IMG/VR virus record: IMGVR_UViG_3300024999_000066
Span: 1 to 64,000 of that record
Strand: one strand, 5' to 3'
DNA from: a virus
Length of the DNA: 64,000 nt
Each line of letters opens with the position of its first letter. Position 1 is the stretch's first letter. Below are positions 29,216-38,566 of this stretch, one piece after another. The notes under the pieces were generated by a model. The model saw nothing but the letters and a program-made list of their open reading frames with translations. It was not told the DNA's origin and ran no database searches. Made by a program: the position numbers and the translations under genes.

Positions 29216-30181
29216 TTGAATTACCAGAAAATTTATAATGCTTTAGTTGAGAAAGCTAAAGTACGAGGTCTTGATAAAAAGAAACACGATGGTTACTTTG
29301 AAATTCATCATATCCTTCCAAAGTGTTTGGGCGGTAGTGACGACAAAGAAAACTTGGTAATGTTTACTGCAAGAGAGCATTATGTCTCTCACCTACTCCT
29401 CTGGAAAATGAATCCCGGACACGTTGGTCTGTTTACTGCTGCTTTCTTTATGAGTAAGAAGAGATTATTTAAGTTTAGCTCAAAACTTTACGAAGTTTTA
29501 AAGTTAGAGCAAGCCAAACAACTAGCTGAATTCAACTCTACGAACTCTGGGTTTAATAGTCCTGTATTTAAAGATTTGACTGGTGAGGTTAGGGGTAGGC
29601 TAACTGTAGTATCTTTTGAAGATTGGATTTTTCAGAAAAGTGGTACTAGAACATCTACTTGGAATTGTCTTTGTGATTGTGGAAACTCCTTAACATTAGC
29701 GGCAAAATTTCTAACTAAAAAGAGTGGAACACGCTCCTGCGGCTGCGCTCGAGTGGAAAAGATGAAAGCTCATACCGGCGAAAATAATCCATTTTACGGC
29801 AAGAAACACTCACCTGAAACTCTTGAAATACTAAGAGAAAAGGGTAAAGGGAAAGGTGGTTGGAATAAAGGTTTAGTTCGCACTGAAGAGCATAAACGTA
29901 AAGTTTCAGAAGGTTTGAAAGCAAGAAACCGCCCCGCATGGGAAGCTGGAACAGTCATGAATAAAGATGAGCAACTAACTAAATGGTTGATGGCTGACTA
30001 TTATTACGAATTATATCTTACTAATACCACACTAACTTCTGCAAAGTTCACCACTCTGTATAATCGGCTACATAACGATAATTTGCCAGCAAGAGCTTTT
30101 ACTGCAATGCACAGAGAATTTGTTAAAGGTTGGATTCCTTTAGAAGATGAGAGGTGGGTGAAGTTTTCTAAGGGATTCTAA
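29216..30181 (+). CDS. Free-standing HNH homing endonuclease with NUMOD3 repeats
   Basis: 'FEIHHILPKCLGGSDDKENLVMFTAREHYVSHLLL' HNH core; 'NPFYGKKHSPET' and 'RTEEHKRKVSE' NUMOD3 motifs; stop abuts the terL ATG. Confidence 0.88.
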   Translation: MNYQKIYNALVEKAKVRGLDKKKHDGYFEIHHILPKCLGGSDDKENLVMFTAREHYVSHLLLWKMNPGHVGLFTAAFFMSKKRLFKFSSKLYEVLKLEQAKQLAEFNSTNSGFNSPVFKDLTGEVRGRLTVVSFEDWIFQKSGTRTSTWNCLCDCGNSLTLAAKFLTKKSGTRSCGCARVEKMKAHTGENNPFYGKKHSPETLEILREKGKGKGGWNKGLVRTEEHKRKVSEGLKARNRPAWEAGTVMNKDEQLTKWLMADYYYELYLTNTTLTSAKFTTLYNRLHNDNLPARAFTAMHREFVKGWIPLEDERWVKFSKGF

Positions 30182-31887
30182 ATGACAGAACAAAAGAAAC
30201 TTCCGGGGCCGTGTTCATTACGTCAAAGTATGTATATCGCCTCGGAGGCTGACGTAACCTTATTTGGTGGCGCAGCCGCGAGCGGAAAAAGTGAAATCGG
30301 CGTTATTGACTTCCTGAAGTATACAGACATTCCCAATTTCATTGGTGTAATGACACGTCGCACAACACCCCAGCTTAATGGTCCGGGTGGGTTGCTAACT
30401 AAATGTAAGCGTGTATTTAGTCAAGCATATAAACCAGATGAATATACTTGGCGAGCAAAAGATGGTAAGTTCGTGTTCCATGCCAGTGGTGCTGAAATTT
30501 ATCTCAAGCACTTTGAGAATGATGCAGCAGATGTGAACTGGCAAGGTTCTGAAGCGAATCTTTTCTATATCGATGAGGGAACCCAATATACGATGTATAT
30601 GATACAATATATCATGTCTCGTATGCGTAATCCTTCATGCCCGTCAATCAAACCTCACCTCAAAATCACCTGCAATCCAGATGCCGATCACGGCCTCAGA
30701 AAGTGGGTAGAGCCCTACTTGCAAGAAGATGGTACTCCTGACCGTTCAAAAGACGGGATGTTGAGATACTTTTCTTTCATGGATGGTGACTTTGTTTGGG
30801 CTGACACTAAAGAACAACTCCTAGCTGAATACGGTGTAAGAGAGCAAGATGCTCTGTCTTTTACCTTTATTAGTGCTAACGTTTATGACAACAAAATTGT
30901 AGAAGAAGTTAACCCTAAGTATGTTGCTTGGCTTAAAGGTCTTCGCGGAACTGAACGTAAACGGCTCCTAGAAGGGAATTGGTTCGTTCGCGAAAGTGCA
31001 GCAGGATTCATGAAAAAAGAATTCTGTAGTAAGGTTAATTTGTTTGATAAAGAGATTGTGTCTTATTGTCGTGCGTGGGATATAGCAGGTTCGATTCCAT
31101 CGGAAGCACTACCAAATCCCGACTGGACTGCTGGTGTTCTTATTGCTAAGACAAAACAAGGCAGATATATAGTAGTTGATGTAGTTAGATTTCGTGCAAG
31201 GTTTGGCGAAGTTATGGCTAAGATTATTGAAACTGCCAAGTCTGACCCTGAAGGCACACAAATCATTATCCCACAAGAACCCGGACAAGCTGGTAAAGCC
31301 GCTGGGCAGATGATGATTAAAGAACTTCTATCTGATGGATTTTACGCAAGAATGCGTCCATCTAATAAGTCCAAGATAATCAGGTTTCAGCCCTTCGCAG
31401 CAGCAGCAGAAGCTGGTCTTGTTGACTACGTTGAGGCTGATTGGAATGATACATATTTCGACGAGTTGGAAAGTTTTGACGGAAGTCGTAAGAATAAAGA
31501 CGATTTATTAATCTTGGTCGTCTATAAACCCATTGAATTCGGTGGACCTCTCGTAAGAGACAATACCGAGCGAAGCCTAGTGATAGGAACGTGTAACGAC
31601 TATCGAAAGCGCACAGTAATGTGGAAGTGAGTAGAGTAGGGTCAAGTGACCCGAAGCGGTGGGCAAACAAAACTGTTTGAAGATATAGTCTCCTCTGTAC
31701 AGTGATGTGCAGCAGTCGTATACGACTGGATAAGATATAACGAATCTTATTTAAGATGATGCAAGTTGATGCTACAAGCGATTCTTTCATAACTTTAGCT
31801 CAAAGACAAGTTATTCCAAACTTCTCATCCGGCCTACTCTCCGCAAATTTAACTCAATCTAACCCCTTCCTTAATGCAGGAGCTTAA
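30182..31887 (+). CDS. terL: Terminase large subunit, spliced: exon 1 30182-31504 + exon 2 31762-31887 (482 aa)
   Basis: Walker A 'GGAAASGKS', Walker B 'FYIDE', 'CNPD', 'RAWDIA', 'PDWTAG'; splicing restores the nuclease motif KNKDD^QVDATSD; stop abuts the portal ATG. Confidence 0.92.
31505..31761 (+). mobile_element. Group I self-splicing intron (IA2-like, 257 nt, no ORF)
   Basis: P1 GACGAU/GUCGUC with U-G at the 5' splice site; P3 CCCAUUG/CGGUGGG; P4 UUCGGU/ACCGAG; P7 GACUA/UAGUC; J8/7 AAGAUAUAGUC; P7.1, P7.2, P8, P9, P9.1, P9.2; terminal G; P10 CUUG/CAAG. Confidence 0.92.
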
Positions 31888-33378
31888 ATGGCTGACGAAG
31901 CAGAAATCTCCCTAGAGGTAGGGGAAAATGATATTCCAGCACTTGCTCTTGGTGAGGCTGGTTATAATGGCCTAAAAGTTTTGGGCGGCGAAATCTTAGA
32001 AGAATGCTCACACGAACTACGCTGGCCTCAAGCAATTAATACATTTAAACGTATGGAAAAAGATGGTGCTATTGCCCCAGCTCTTGCATATGTTGAGATG
32101 ATGATTTCTCGTGTGGACTGGACAGTAAAGATTCCAGAAGGCTATGAAGAAGAGTTGAAAGATAAAGCCATATTCATGCGTCAGTGTATGAATGATATGG
32201 AACATGACTTCAAGTCCTTTATCAAACAAGCTGTTAGCTTTAATCGTTACGGTTTCGCCCCTGTAGAAAAAATATATAGGATGCGTTATCGTGATAAAGG
32301 CTCTCAATACAACGACGGTTTGATTGCTCCAAAGAAACTTGTATTGCGCTCTCAGGATACTATTGATAGTTGGGTGTTTAAGAATAAAGGCCGTGACCTT
32401 GCTGGACTTAATCAGCGTATTAATATCCCAAGTAACAGAGCTGAAAATCCTTACCAATCCCTTACCGAGCTTACTGAGGATGGTGTAAAGTTCATCCCTC
32501 GTAAAAAATTCATGTTGTTTCGTAATACCGGAAGCAAAAACAACCCTGAAGGGCAATCTCCTTTGGTTGGTTGCTGGACAGCTTGGAAATATAAGACTGC
32601 CTATCAAGAATCGGAAGCTATCTCTGTAGCTCAAGATTCGAACGGCTTTAAAGTTCTTTATCTCCCTCCACAGTACATGACTGAAAATGCTACTGCTGAA
32701 GATAAGGCAGTATTCGAACATTACAAAACTGTAATCAAGAATATGCACCAAGCTAAAGAGTCTGGTTTGATTCTTCCTCTTATTCTGGATGAGTCTGGGA
32801 AGAAGATGTTTGAGTTTGATATTATGTCTGTAACTGGACAAAAATCTTATGATACAAACCTTATTATCCAACGCTATACAGCAGAGATTCTGACTGCATT
32901 GTTTGCAGACTTCTTAACACTGGGTAGTAACGGCTCAGGCAGCTTCTCCCTTGCTGAAAGTAAGATCAGTGTTGTGGAAATGGCTATTCAATCCAAACTT
33001 GACGAAATTAAAACTCAGCTTAATTTTGACCTTGCTAAACAGATATTTTCGCTAAACGGCTGGTCAACAGACGTAATGCCAGAATGGACTTATGGTGAGA
33101 TTGGTAAAGTTAGTCTTGATGAAATTTCTAAGTTCATTCAACGAACCGCCGCCGTCGGCCTAATCCCGAAAGCACCAAAAGTGGTTAACTGGATTATGGA
33201 TCAAGCTAACATCCCTTATAAAGTCGATGAAGACTTGAGTGTTGAAGAGTTGTCTAAACAATTGACACCGGAAACATCTAACAGTGGGGCCGGGATGACT
33301 GAAGGAATGCCTAACGGTACAGGAAGCTCAAACGGTTCTTCCGGGGATAGCTCAACATCTAACACGGAGAACACCTAG
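31888..33378 (+). CDS. Portal protein
   Basis: Follows terL; ~500 aa; 'YGFAPVEK', 'NNPEGQSPL', 'GSFSLAE'. Confidence 0.85.
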   Translation: MADEAEISLEVGENDIPALALGEAGYNGLKVLGGEILEECSHELRWPQAINTFKRMEKDGAIAPALAYVEMMISRVDWTVKIPEGYEEELKDKAIFMRQCMNDMEHDFKSFIKQAVSFNRYGFAPVEKIYRMRYRDKGSQYNDGLIAPKKLVLRSQDTIDSWVFKNKGRDLAGLNQRINIPSNRAENPYQSLTELTEDGVKFIPRKKFMLFRNTGSKNNPEGQSPLVGCWTAWKYKTAYQESEAISVAQDSNGFKVLYLPPQYMTENATAEDKAVFEHYKTVIKNMHQAKESGLILPLILDESGKKMFEFDIMSVTGQKSYDTNLIIQRYTAEILTALFADFLTLGSNGSGSFSLAESKISVVEMAIQSKLDEIKTQLNFDLAKQIFSLNGWSTDVMPEWTYGEIGKVSLDEISKFIQRTAAVGLIPKAPKVVNWIMDQANIPYKVDEDLSVEELSKQLTPETSNSGAGMTEGMPNGTGSSNGSSGDSSTSNTENT

Positions 33379-34742
33379 TGTCTCATCAACTACTCAGACT
33401 GAAAGAAAAGATTTGTAATACTCCTCACTTGATGCACCCAGCATCGTTTGAAATTGTTATTCAATATCTTAACGAACGAAACAGCGAAGACTTCAAACTG
33501 GACACAGCAGTTGAAGATAATCGTGAAAGTAACTCCCGATATTCTTTTAACAAAGATATCGGAGTCGCTGTTCTCAATATCGACGGACCACTTAGCTACA
33601 AACCAGTCACTATGATGGGTTTTGATTGTGGTGGTGCATCTTACCAGCAGATTAAAGAAGACTTTACCTACCTTGTAGACAGTGGTGCAAAGACTATTGC
33701 ACTTAGTGTTTCTAGTGGTGGCGGTGAAGCCTTCCAGATGATGCCAACTGCCAATTACATGCGCAAATTGGCTACTGAAAACGACGTTCGTATCATCACC
33801 TATGTAGATGGTCTGTCCGCTTCAGCAGCCTATGGTTTGTCTGTAATTGCCGATGAATTGATCATGGCTCCAAGCTCAGAAGTTGGTAGTGTTGGTGTTC
33901 TGGTTCGTTTGATGAATGATTCCAAAGCACTTGAGAAAGAAGGCTACGAACGTACCTTTATCTCTGCTGGCGATGACAAGATTCCATTTGACGCTGACGG
34001 TAGTTTCCGTAAGGAGTTCTTGGAAGATATTCAAGGTAAAGTTGACACACTTTACGAAGAGTTTACTGGGTTTGTTGCAGAACATCGCAACTTGTCAGTA
34101 GAAGCAGTGAAGTCCACACAGGCGCGTACCTTCTTGCCAAAAGAAGCTATTGAGCTTGGACTAGCTGACCGTGTTATGACTCTTGAAGAGTTTTACACAC
34201 ATTTGGCTGATACAGCTCAAAAACAAGAAGGTGGTATGTTAAAAACCAAACTGTTTGCCCAACTTAATAAAACCGAGGAAACTCTAGAAATGACTCAACT
34301 TGCCGAACTGCAAGAACAACTTCAGGGCGCTCAATTGAGTGTTTCTGATCTTACCTCTAAATTCGAAGCTGCTTCTTTGCTGCTTGCTGAAAAAGAAACC
34401 CTGTTGTCTGCTGCACTCCAAGAAGCTGCACAGATGAAAGAAGCTGTAGCCTCTGCTGAAGCTGCTGCTGTAGCCGTTAAAATGTCCAGTCGTAAGACTG
34501 CCCTTGCTGCTGTTATGTCTGCTGACAAAGTAGAGGCTGTATCCGCTTCTCTTTCCAGCCTTGACGACTCGGCATTCGAAACTGTTCTGAGTGGTTTTGC
34601 TGCACAGAAACAAGCTCTTGAAGCATCCGATATGTTTACAGAACTTGGCGACCAAGGTACAGAAGTAGTTCCTGAAGCTAAGGCTTCTAAGTCTAAAGAT
34701 GTTACCGAAGACCTTATCAAACAAAAACTAGGTTTGAAATAA
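33378..34742 (+). CDS. Prohead protease (S49 family) with C-terminal scaffold domain
   Basis: 'SSGGG', 'SASAAY', 'VGSVGV'; Ala/Glu-rich coiled-coil C-terminus. Confidence 0.88.
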   Translation: MSHQLLRLKEKICNTPHLMHPASFEIVIQYLNERNSEDFKLDTAVEDNRESNSRYSFNKDIGVAVLNIDGPLSYKPVTMMGFDCGGASYQQIKEDFTYLVDSGAKTIALSVSSGGGEAFQMMPTANYMRKLATENDVRIITYVDGLSASAAYGLSVIADELIMAPSSEVGSVGVLVRLMNDSKALEKEGYERTFISAGDDKIPFDADGSFRKEFLEDIQGKVDTLYEEFTGFVAEHRNLSVEAVKSTQARTFLPKEAIELGLADRVMTLEEFYTHLADTAQKQEGGMLKTKLFAQLNKTEETLEMTQLAELQEQLQGAQLSVSDLTSKFEAASLLLAEKETLLSAALQEAAQMKEAVASAEAAAVAVKMSSRKTALAAVMSADKVEAVSASLSSLDDSAFETVLSGFAAQKQALEASDMFTELGDQGTEVVPEAKASKSKDVTEDLIKQKLGLK

Positions 34743-34781
34743 TTAGCCTTAGCTAATCTCTCTATTTTAAAGGAATCAAAT

Positions 34782-35246
34782 ATGCCTTTCGTTGCTGAAA
34801 CTTTCACCCAACGCCTCTCTGATCTTGTTGTGCATGAGATGGACCCATCGGTTGGTTATAGCCGCCGTGACCTGAACATCACCCCTATTACCCCAGCCAT
34901 CCGTTTGGGTACTGTTGTTTATCGTGCTAAATCTGCTGACCTGACTGCTGCTTGGACCGTACTGGCCTCGGCGACTCCTCTAGTTCTGACCAATGAATTT
35001 GCCGTTGTTTACGGTGATCATTACTCCTTCAACCCTTCGTTTGTTCCTCGTGCAATTGCAGCCAATCAATATAACGCTGTTGGCTTTGTTGGTACTTCGG
35101 GTGCTCTGCAACTGAAAGAATACTACATCAAACAAGTTGCTAAGTCTACCGCTGCCACTGGTGGTGCTGATCTGACTGATGCTCAAGTTGAAACCCTGAA
35201 GGGTCTGCTTGAACAACAAGGCATCCAAGTACTTAAAACAGTTTAA
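34782..35246 (+). CDS. Head decoration protein
   Basis: Lies between protease and capsid genes; 154 aa; highly biased codon usage. Confidence 0.7.
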   Translation: MPFVAETFTQRLSDLVVHEMDPSVGYSRRDLNITPITPAIRLGTVVYRAKSADLTAAWTVLASATPLVLTNEFAVVYGDHYSFNPSFVPRAIAANQYNAVGFVGTSGALQLKEYYIKQVAKSTAATGGADLTDAQVETLKGLLEQQGIQVLKTV

Positions 35247-35291
35247 GCGACTGTTTAAACAAATTCTATAAGCTAAGGAATCATAAATAAT

Positions 35292-36359
35292 ATGGCTATT
35301 GTACTAGATCGTCAGAACCTCGGTAAAGTTGTTGACCGTACCGACTCGCTGATTGTTATCCCCAACACCGTTGGTATCACCAATGCACTGGGTCTGTTTG
35401 AAGATGTATACTCCGCCCAGAAGACTATCGAGATTACTCGTAGTACCCGTAAATCCCATCTGCTGGAAGATCGTAACTGGGATGAGCGTAACCAAACCAT
35501 CGCTGGTCGTGAACAAGACAGCCTGTTGCTGAAAATCCCTCACTTCCCATTGGATGATGCAATCACTCCAAACGATGTTGACGGTATTGTACAAGCTGGT
35601 TCTCTGGCAGAGTTTGCTGAACTGGAAACTGTTGCGTCGGTTCGTGCTGACAAGATGATTGACGTTCGTGAAGCTCATGCACTGACCAAAGAAGCTGCTC
35701 GTATGCAGTTGATTACCACTGGTACTGTGTATGCACCTCGTGCCACTGTAGTTACCAACTTCTACACTGAGTTTGGTGTTACTCGTATTGAGATTGTTAC
35801 CGATCTGTCCTCGGCTACTGATCCTCGTGCAGACTTCAACGATGCCAAGAAAGCTACCCGTAACGCACTGCGTGATGGTCAAGCTGGCACTGTTCGTTCT
35901 TTCGTTGTTCTGTGCTCTGACTCGTACTACAACGCTGTTCAACAGAATGCTTACGTCACTGACGCATTCAAGTATGTAGACCAAGGTCAAGCTACCCGTA
36001 TCCTGTTGGGTGCTGGTGGTGTGGATGTACCGGGTCTAGATGCTCGCTTTGAAATGATGAGCGTGTTTGGTATGACCTTCATCAATGCTGGCGCTGCTGG
36101 CTATGAGAATGCTGCTGGTACTTTCGTACCGTTCATTCCAGAAGGTGATGCTTACATGATGCCTGTTGGTGTCCGTAACTTCCTGAAAACCTACTACGCT
36201 CCGGCTAACCGTTTTGGTAGCATCAACCGTCGTGCTCAGGGCAGCTATTTCTTCGAATACCTGAACGAGAAAGATGATCAGATCGAAATTATGACTGAAC
36301 AGAACTTCTTGAACGCGTGCTTGAATCCAGAAGCTATCGTGCGTCTGTCGTTGACCTAA
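35292..36359 (+). CDS. Major capsid protein (lambda gpE-like)
   Basis: 'LGLF', 'IPHFPLDDAITPND', 'TYYAPAN'; position; highly biased codon usage. Confidence 0.9.
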   Translation: MAIVLDRQNLGKVVDRTDSLIVIPNTVGITNALGLFEDVYSAQKTIEITRSTRKSHLLEDRNWDERNQTIAGREQDSLLLKIPHFPLDDAITPNDVDGIVQAGSLAEFAELETVASVRADKMIDVREAHALTKEAARMQLITTGTVYAPRATVVTNFYTEFGVTRIEIVTDLSSATDPRADFNDAKKATRNALRDGQAGTVRSFVVLCSDSYYNAVQQNAYVTDAFKYVDQGQATRILLGAGGVDVPGLDARFEMMSVFGMTFINAGAAGYENAAGTFVPFIPEGDAYMMPVGVRNFLKTYYAPANRFGSINRRAQGSYFFEYLNEKDDQIEIMTEQNFLNACLNPEAIVRLSLT

Positions 36360-36417
36360 GAATCAAATGGAGATGGGGACATTACGTCCCCTCCCCTTAT
36401 TGACGGAGTAAAAGAAT

Positions 36418-36645
36418 ATGGCTGTAACAACTAAAAATGGTTGGATCTTTGGCCTGCAAGAACTTGAGGCAAGTGTAGCTTCTGGTGCTGCTGTTCCTGT
36501 TGCAACTGAAACCACTAATGGTACTGTAAAGGCTGCTAACTTTGTAGCCGTGCCAGCAAGTTTTGCTGATTTGGCTGCTGTTAAAACCTATTTGGATGCA
36601 CTTCAAGCATCTATGGTAGCCGCCGGTCAAATGTCCGAATCGTAA
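36418..36645 (+). CDS. Small virion protein (head fibre-like)
   Basis: 'PVATETTNGTVK' motif and C-terminal 'L.ASMVAAGQM'. Confidence 0.55.
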   Translation: MAVTTKNGWIFGLQELEASVASGAAVPVATETTNGTVKAANFVAVPASFADLAAVKTYLDALQASMVAAGQMSES

Positions 36646-36685
36646 TACTCTGGGCAGCTTGTCTGCCCTCCTTTAAGGAGAGGCT

Positions 36686-37120
36686 ATGGCTCTTACCCCA
36701 GTAGAACAAGTTAGACTGCTTATTGGTGATGTACCAAACAGTCCATTTTATCAACTCTTTACGGATGAAGAGTTACAAGCATTCTTAGACATGACTAATC
36801 AAAATGTCTTCGCCGCTGCTCGTTTAGCTGCCATTGCTGCATCTTTCCAACTTGCTGGCTGGAGTACAAGAGAGAGGACCGGTGATATTGAAGTCTGGTC
36901 TAGTCTGTCCACTCAGTACCTTAAAGCTCTTGATTATCTTATTAGTAATCCAGGAACTCTGATTCCCTCCGGGCTTATGCCTTGGTCTGCTAATAGTTGC
37001 CCAAGTAAGCTGATGAATATTGAAGTTTGTGATGGTGATAATTGCAAGGAAGCGGCTTGTTGTGAGACTGGTTGTGCATGCAATGACTGTCACGCTGCTG
37101 GTGAGACATTTGTCTATTAA
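36686..37120 (+). CDS. Head-tail adaptor with Cys-rich C-terminus
   Basis: 'VRLLIGD...FTDEELQAFL'. Confidence 0.7.
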   Translation: MALTPVEQVRLLIGDVPNSPFYQLFTDEELQAFLDMTNQNVFAAARLAAIAASFQLAGWSTRERTGDIEVWSSLSTQYLKALDYLISNPGTLIPSGLMPWSANSCPSKLMNIEVCDGDNCKEAACCETGCACNDCHAAGETFVY

Positions 37121-37129
37121 GGAGTTGAA

Positions 37130-37498
37130 ATGCTAAAACCTCAATTCCTTTTAACAAATAAGATTCCTCTCACTATTTATCGTAGGTCATTAGGTGAATA
37201 TGTAGACGGTGAATGGGTTGAAGGACAGACCGTTGAAGTTCCTGTTCAAGTGAATATCCAACCTCTGAAACCTCATGAAATTCTCCAGCTACCTGAATCA
37301 GAACGTACACGGGTTTGGTGGAAACTGTATTCTGCTGATGTACTTCGTACAGCCAAGGAAGGTTCTCATGATGCTGATGAATTTATTTGGAAGGGTGATC
37401 GCTACAAGATCATGAAACTAGATGATTGGCAAAATGGTATGCAAATTTTGGAACATTCAAAGGCATACGCAACAAGAATAGAACTAACCCCAAATTAA
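37130..37498 (+). CDS. Head closure protein
   Basis: Position; 'GEYVDGEWV...NIQP...D.F.W.G.RYKI'. Confidence 0.65.
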   Translation: MLKPQFLLTNKIPLTIYRRSLGEYVDGEWVEGQTVEVPVQVNIQPLKPHEILQLPESERTRVWWKLYSADVLRTAKEGSHDADEFIWKGDRYKIMKLDDWQNGMQILEHSKAYATRIELTPN

Positions 37499-37511
37499 AG
37501 GATAAATAAAC

Positions 37512-37994
37512 ATGTCTTTTAAATTGAAGGTTGATAAGTCTGGTTGGAACAAGATGAAGAAGGAACTTCTAAAAGGTTCATTACTAGAAGTTCAAGTTGG
37601 TATTGTTGAACCTACAAACTACGGACCTGACAACGATAACCTCTCTGTTGCTCAAGTCTGGCAATGGCAAGAGGAAGGCGTCCCAGCCCAAAATATCCCC
37701 ACTCGTCCAGCTATCCGTGTTGGTTTTATGGCCCCTATCAAGAAAGGCGCATACGATAAGATGTTTGTTGAGAGTATGCAAAGAATTGCTGAGGGAAAAA
37801 GCACCTTCAAGGAAGAATACACGAAGATTGGGATGAAAGCTAAAACCGACTTAAAACAAGCTGTAGCTGATTGGGATACTCCTCCAAACGCTCCATATAC
37901 AGTGGCTGAGAAAGGATTCAATAATCCTCTGATTGATAGTGGACTTCTCTATGAGTCTATTGATTTTAAAGTAGACAAGAAAGGAAGTAGTTGA
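37512..37994 (+). CDS. Neck/tail completion protein
   Basis: 'IPTRPAIR', 'PPNAP.T...KGFNNPLIDSG'. Confidence 0.7.
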   Translation: MSFKLKVDKSGWNKMKKELLKGSLLEVQVGIVEPTNYGPDNDNLSVAQVWQWQEEGVPAQNIPTRPAIRVGFMAPIKKGAYDKMFVESMQRIAEGKSTFKEEYTKIGMKAKTDLKQAVADWDTPPNAPYTVAEKGFNNPLIDSGLLYESIDFKVDKKGSS

Positions 37995-38533
37995 TGCCAA
38001 TCTACACTGATGTCAGACAAGCTATCCGCAAAGGTGCTCTAGCAGCATTATCAGAATATCCTACCACTCCTGTGATTTTTAGCCACACGAACGGTACAGA
38101 ACCTGCTGAAAGCTATGTTGTGATTAATATTCTGAATGTTGTTCAGCAAGGCCATCACAGCACATCAACTTTAGTAAATGATAACGGAACCCTAACCTTT
38201 CAGGTTGCATATGAAGTTATGGCTCAATTGAGTTTTATTGGAAGCTTGAGTGGAGATATGTCACAAAGCTTTAATAACAATATCAATAACAACCCCCTTA
38301 CAAGGTTGGAGTTGAGTAGAAATAAACTAGCTTTTATGAGGAAAAGCCAGATACGTAGGGCACCTCAGAAGCGAGATACACAGTGGGTTGAATATCACAA
38401 CATGGATGTGACGTTTAGTTATGTTGTGACCACTGATCAACTTATAGATTCAATTGAAGGCGTAGTCATTGCTGATGAGACTTCAGATATTCCAGTAATT
38501 ATAAAAATTCCAGAAAGTATTATTTACCCGTAG
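37991..38533 (+). CDS. Tail terminator protein
   Basis: Position directly before the sheath gene. Confidence 0.6.
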   Translation: MMPIYTDVRQAIRKGALAALSEYPTTPVIFSHTNGTEPAESYVVINILNVVQQGHHSTSTLVNDNGTLTFQVAYEVMAQLSFIGSLSGDMSQSFNNNINNNPLTRLELSRNKLAFMRKSQIRRAPQKRDTQWVEYHNMDVTFSYVVTTDQLIDSIEGVVIADETSDIPVIIKIPESIIYP

Positions 38534-38566
38534 CAATCGCTACATAATTAAGGATCATAATAAAAT

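Noticed and set aside
31505-31630. ORF-track C-terminus of terL (LLILVVYKPIEFGGPLVRDNTERSLVIGTCNDYRKRTVMWK)
   Set aside because: Read-through into intron sequence; the true C-terminus is exon 2 (31762-31887)
31380-31790. 136-aa minus-strand ORF across the intron
   Set aside because: Antisense to terL and the intron, with no recognisable motif; not an intron-encoded endonuclease
32017-35990. Long antisense ORFs over the portal, protease and capsid genes (e.g. 32017-32871, 34331-34807, 35304-35990)
   Set aside because: Shadow ORFs expected from codon bias on the coding strand; no SD or motifs
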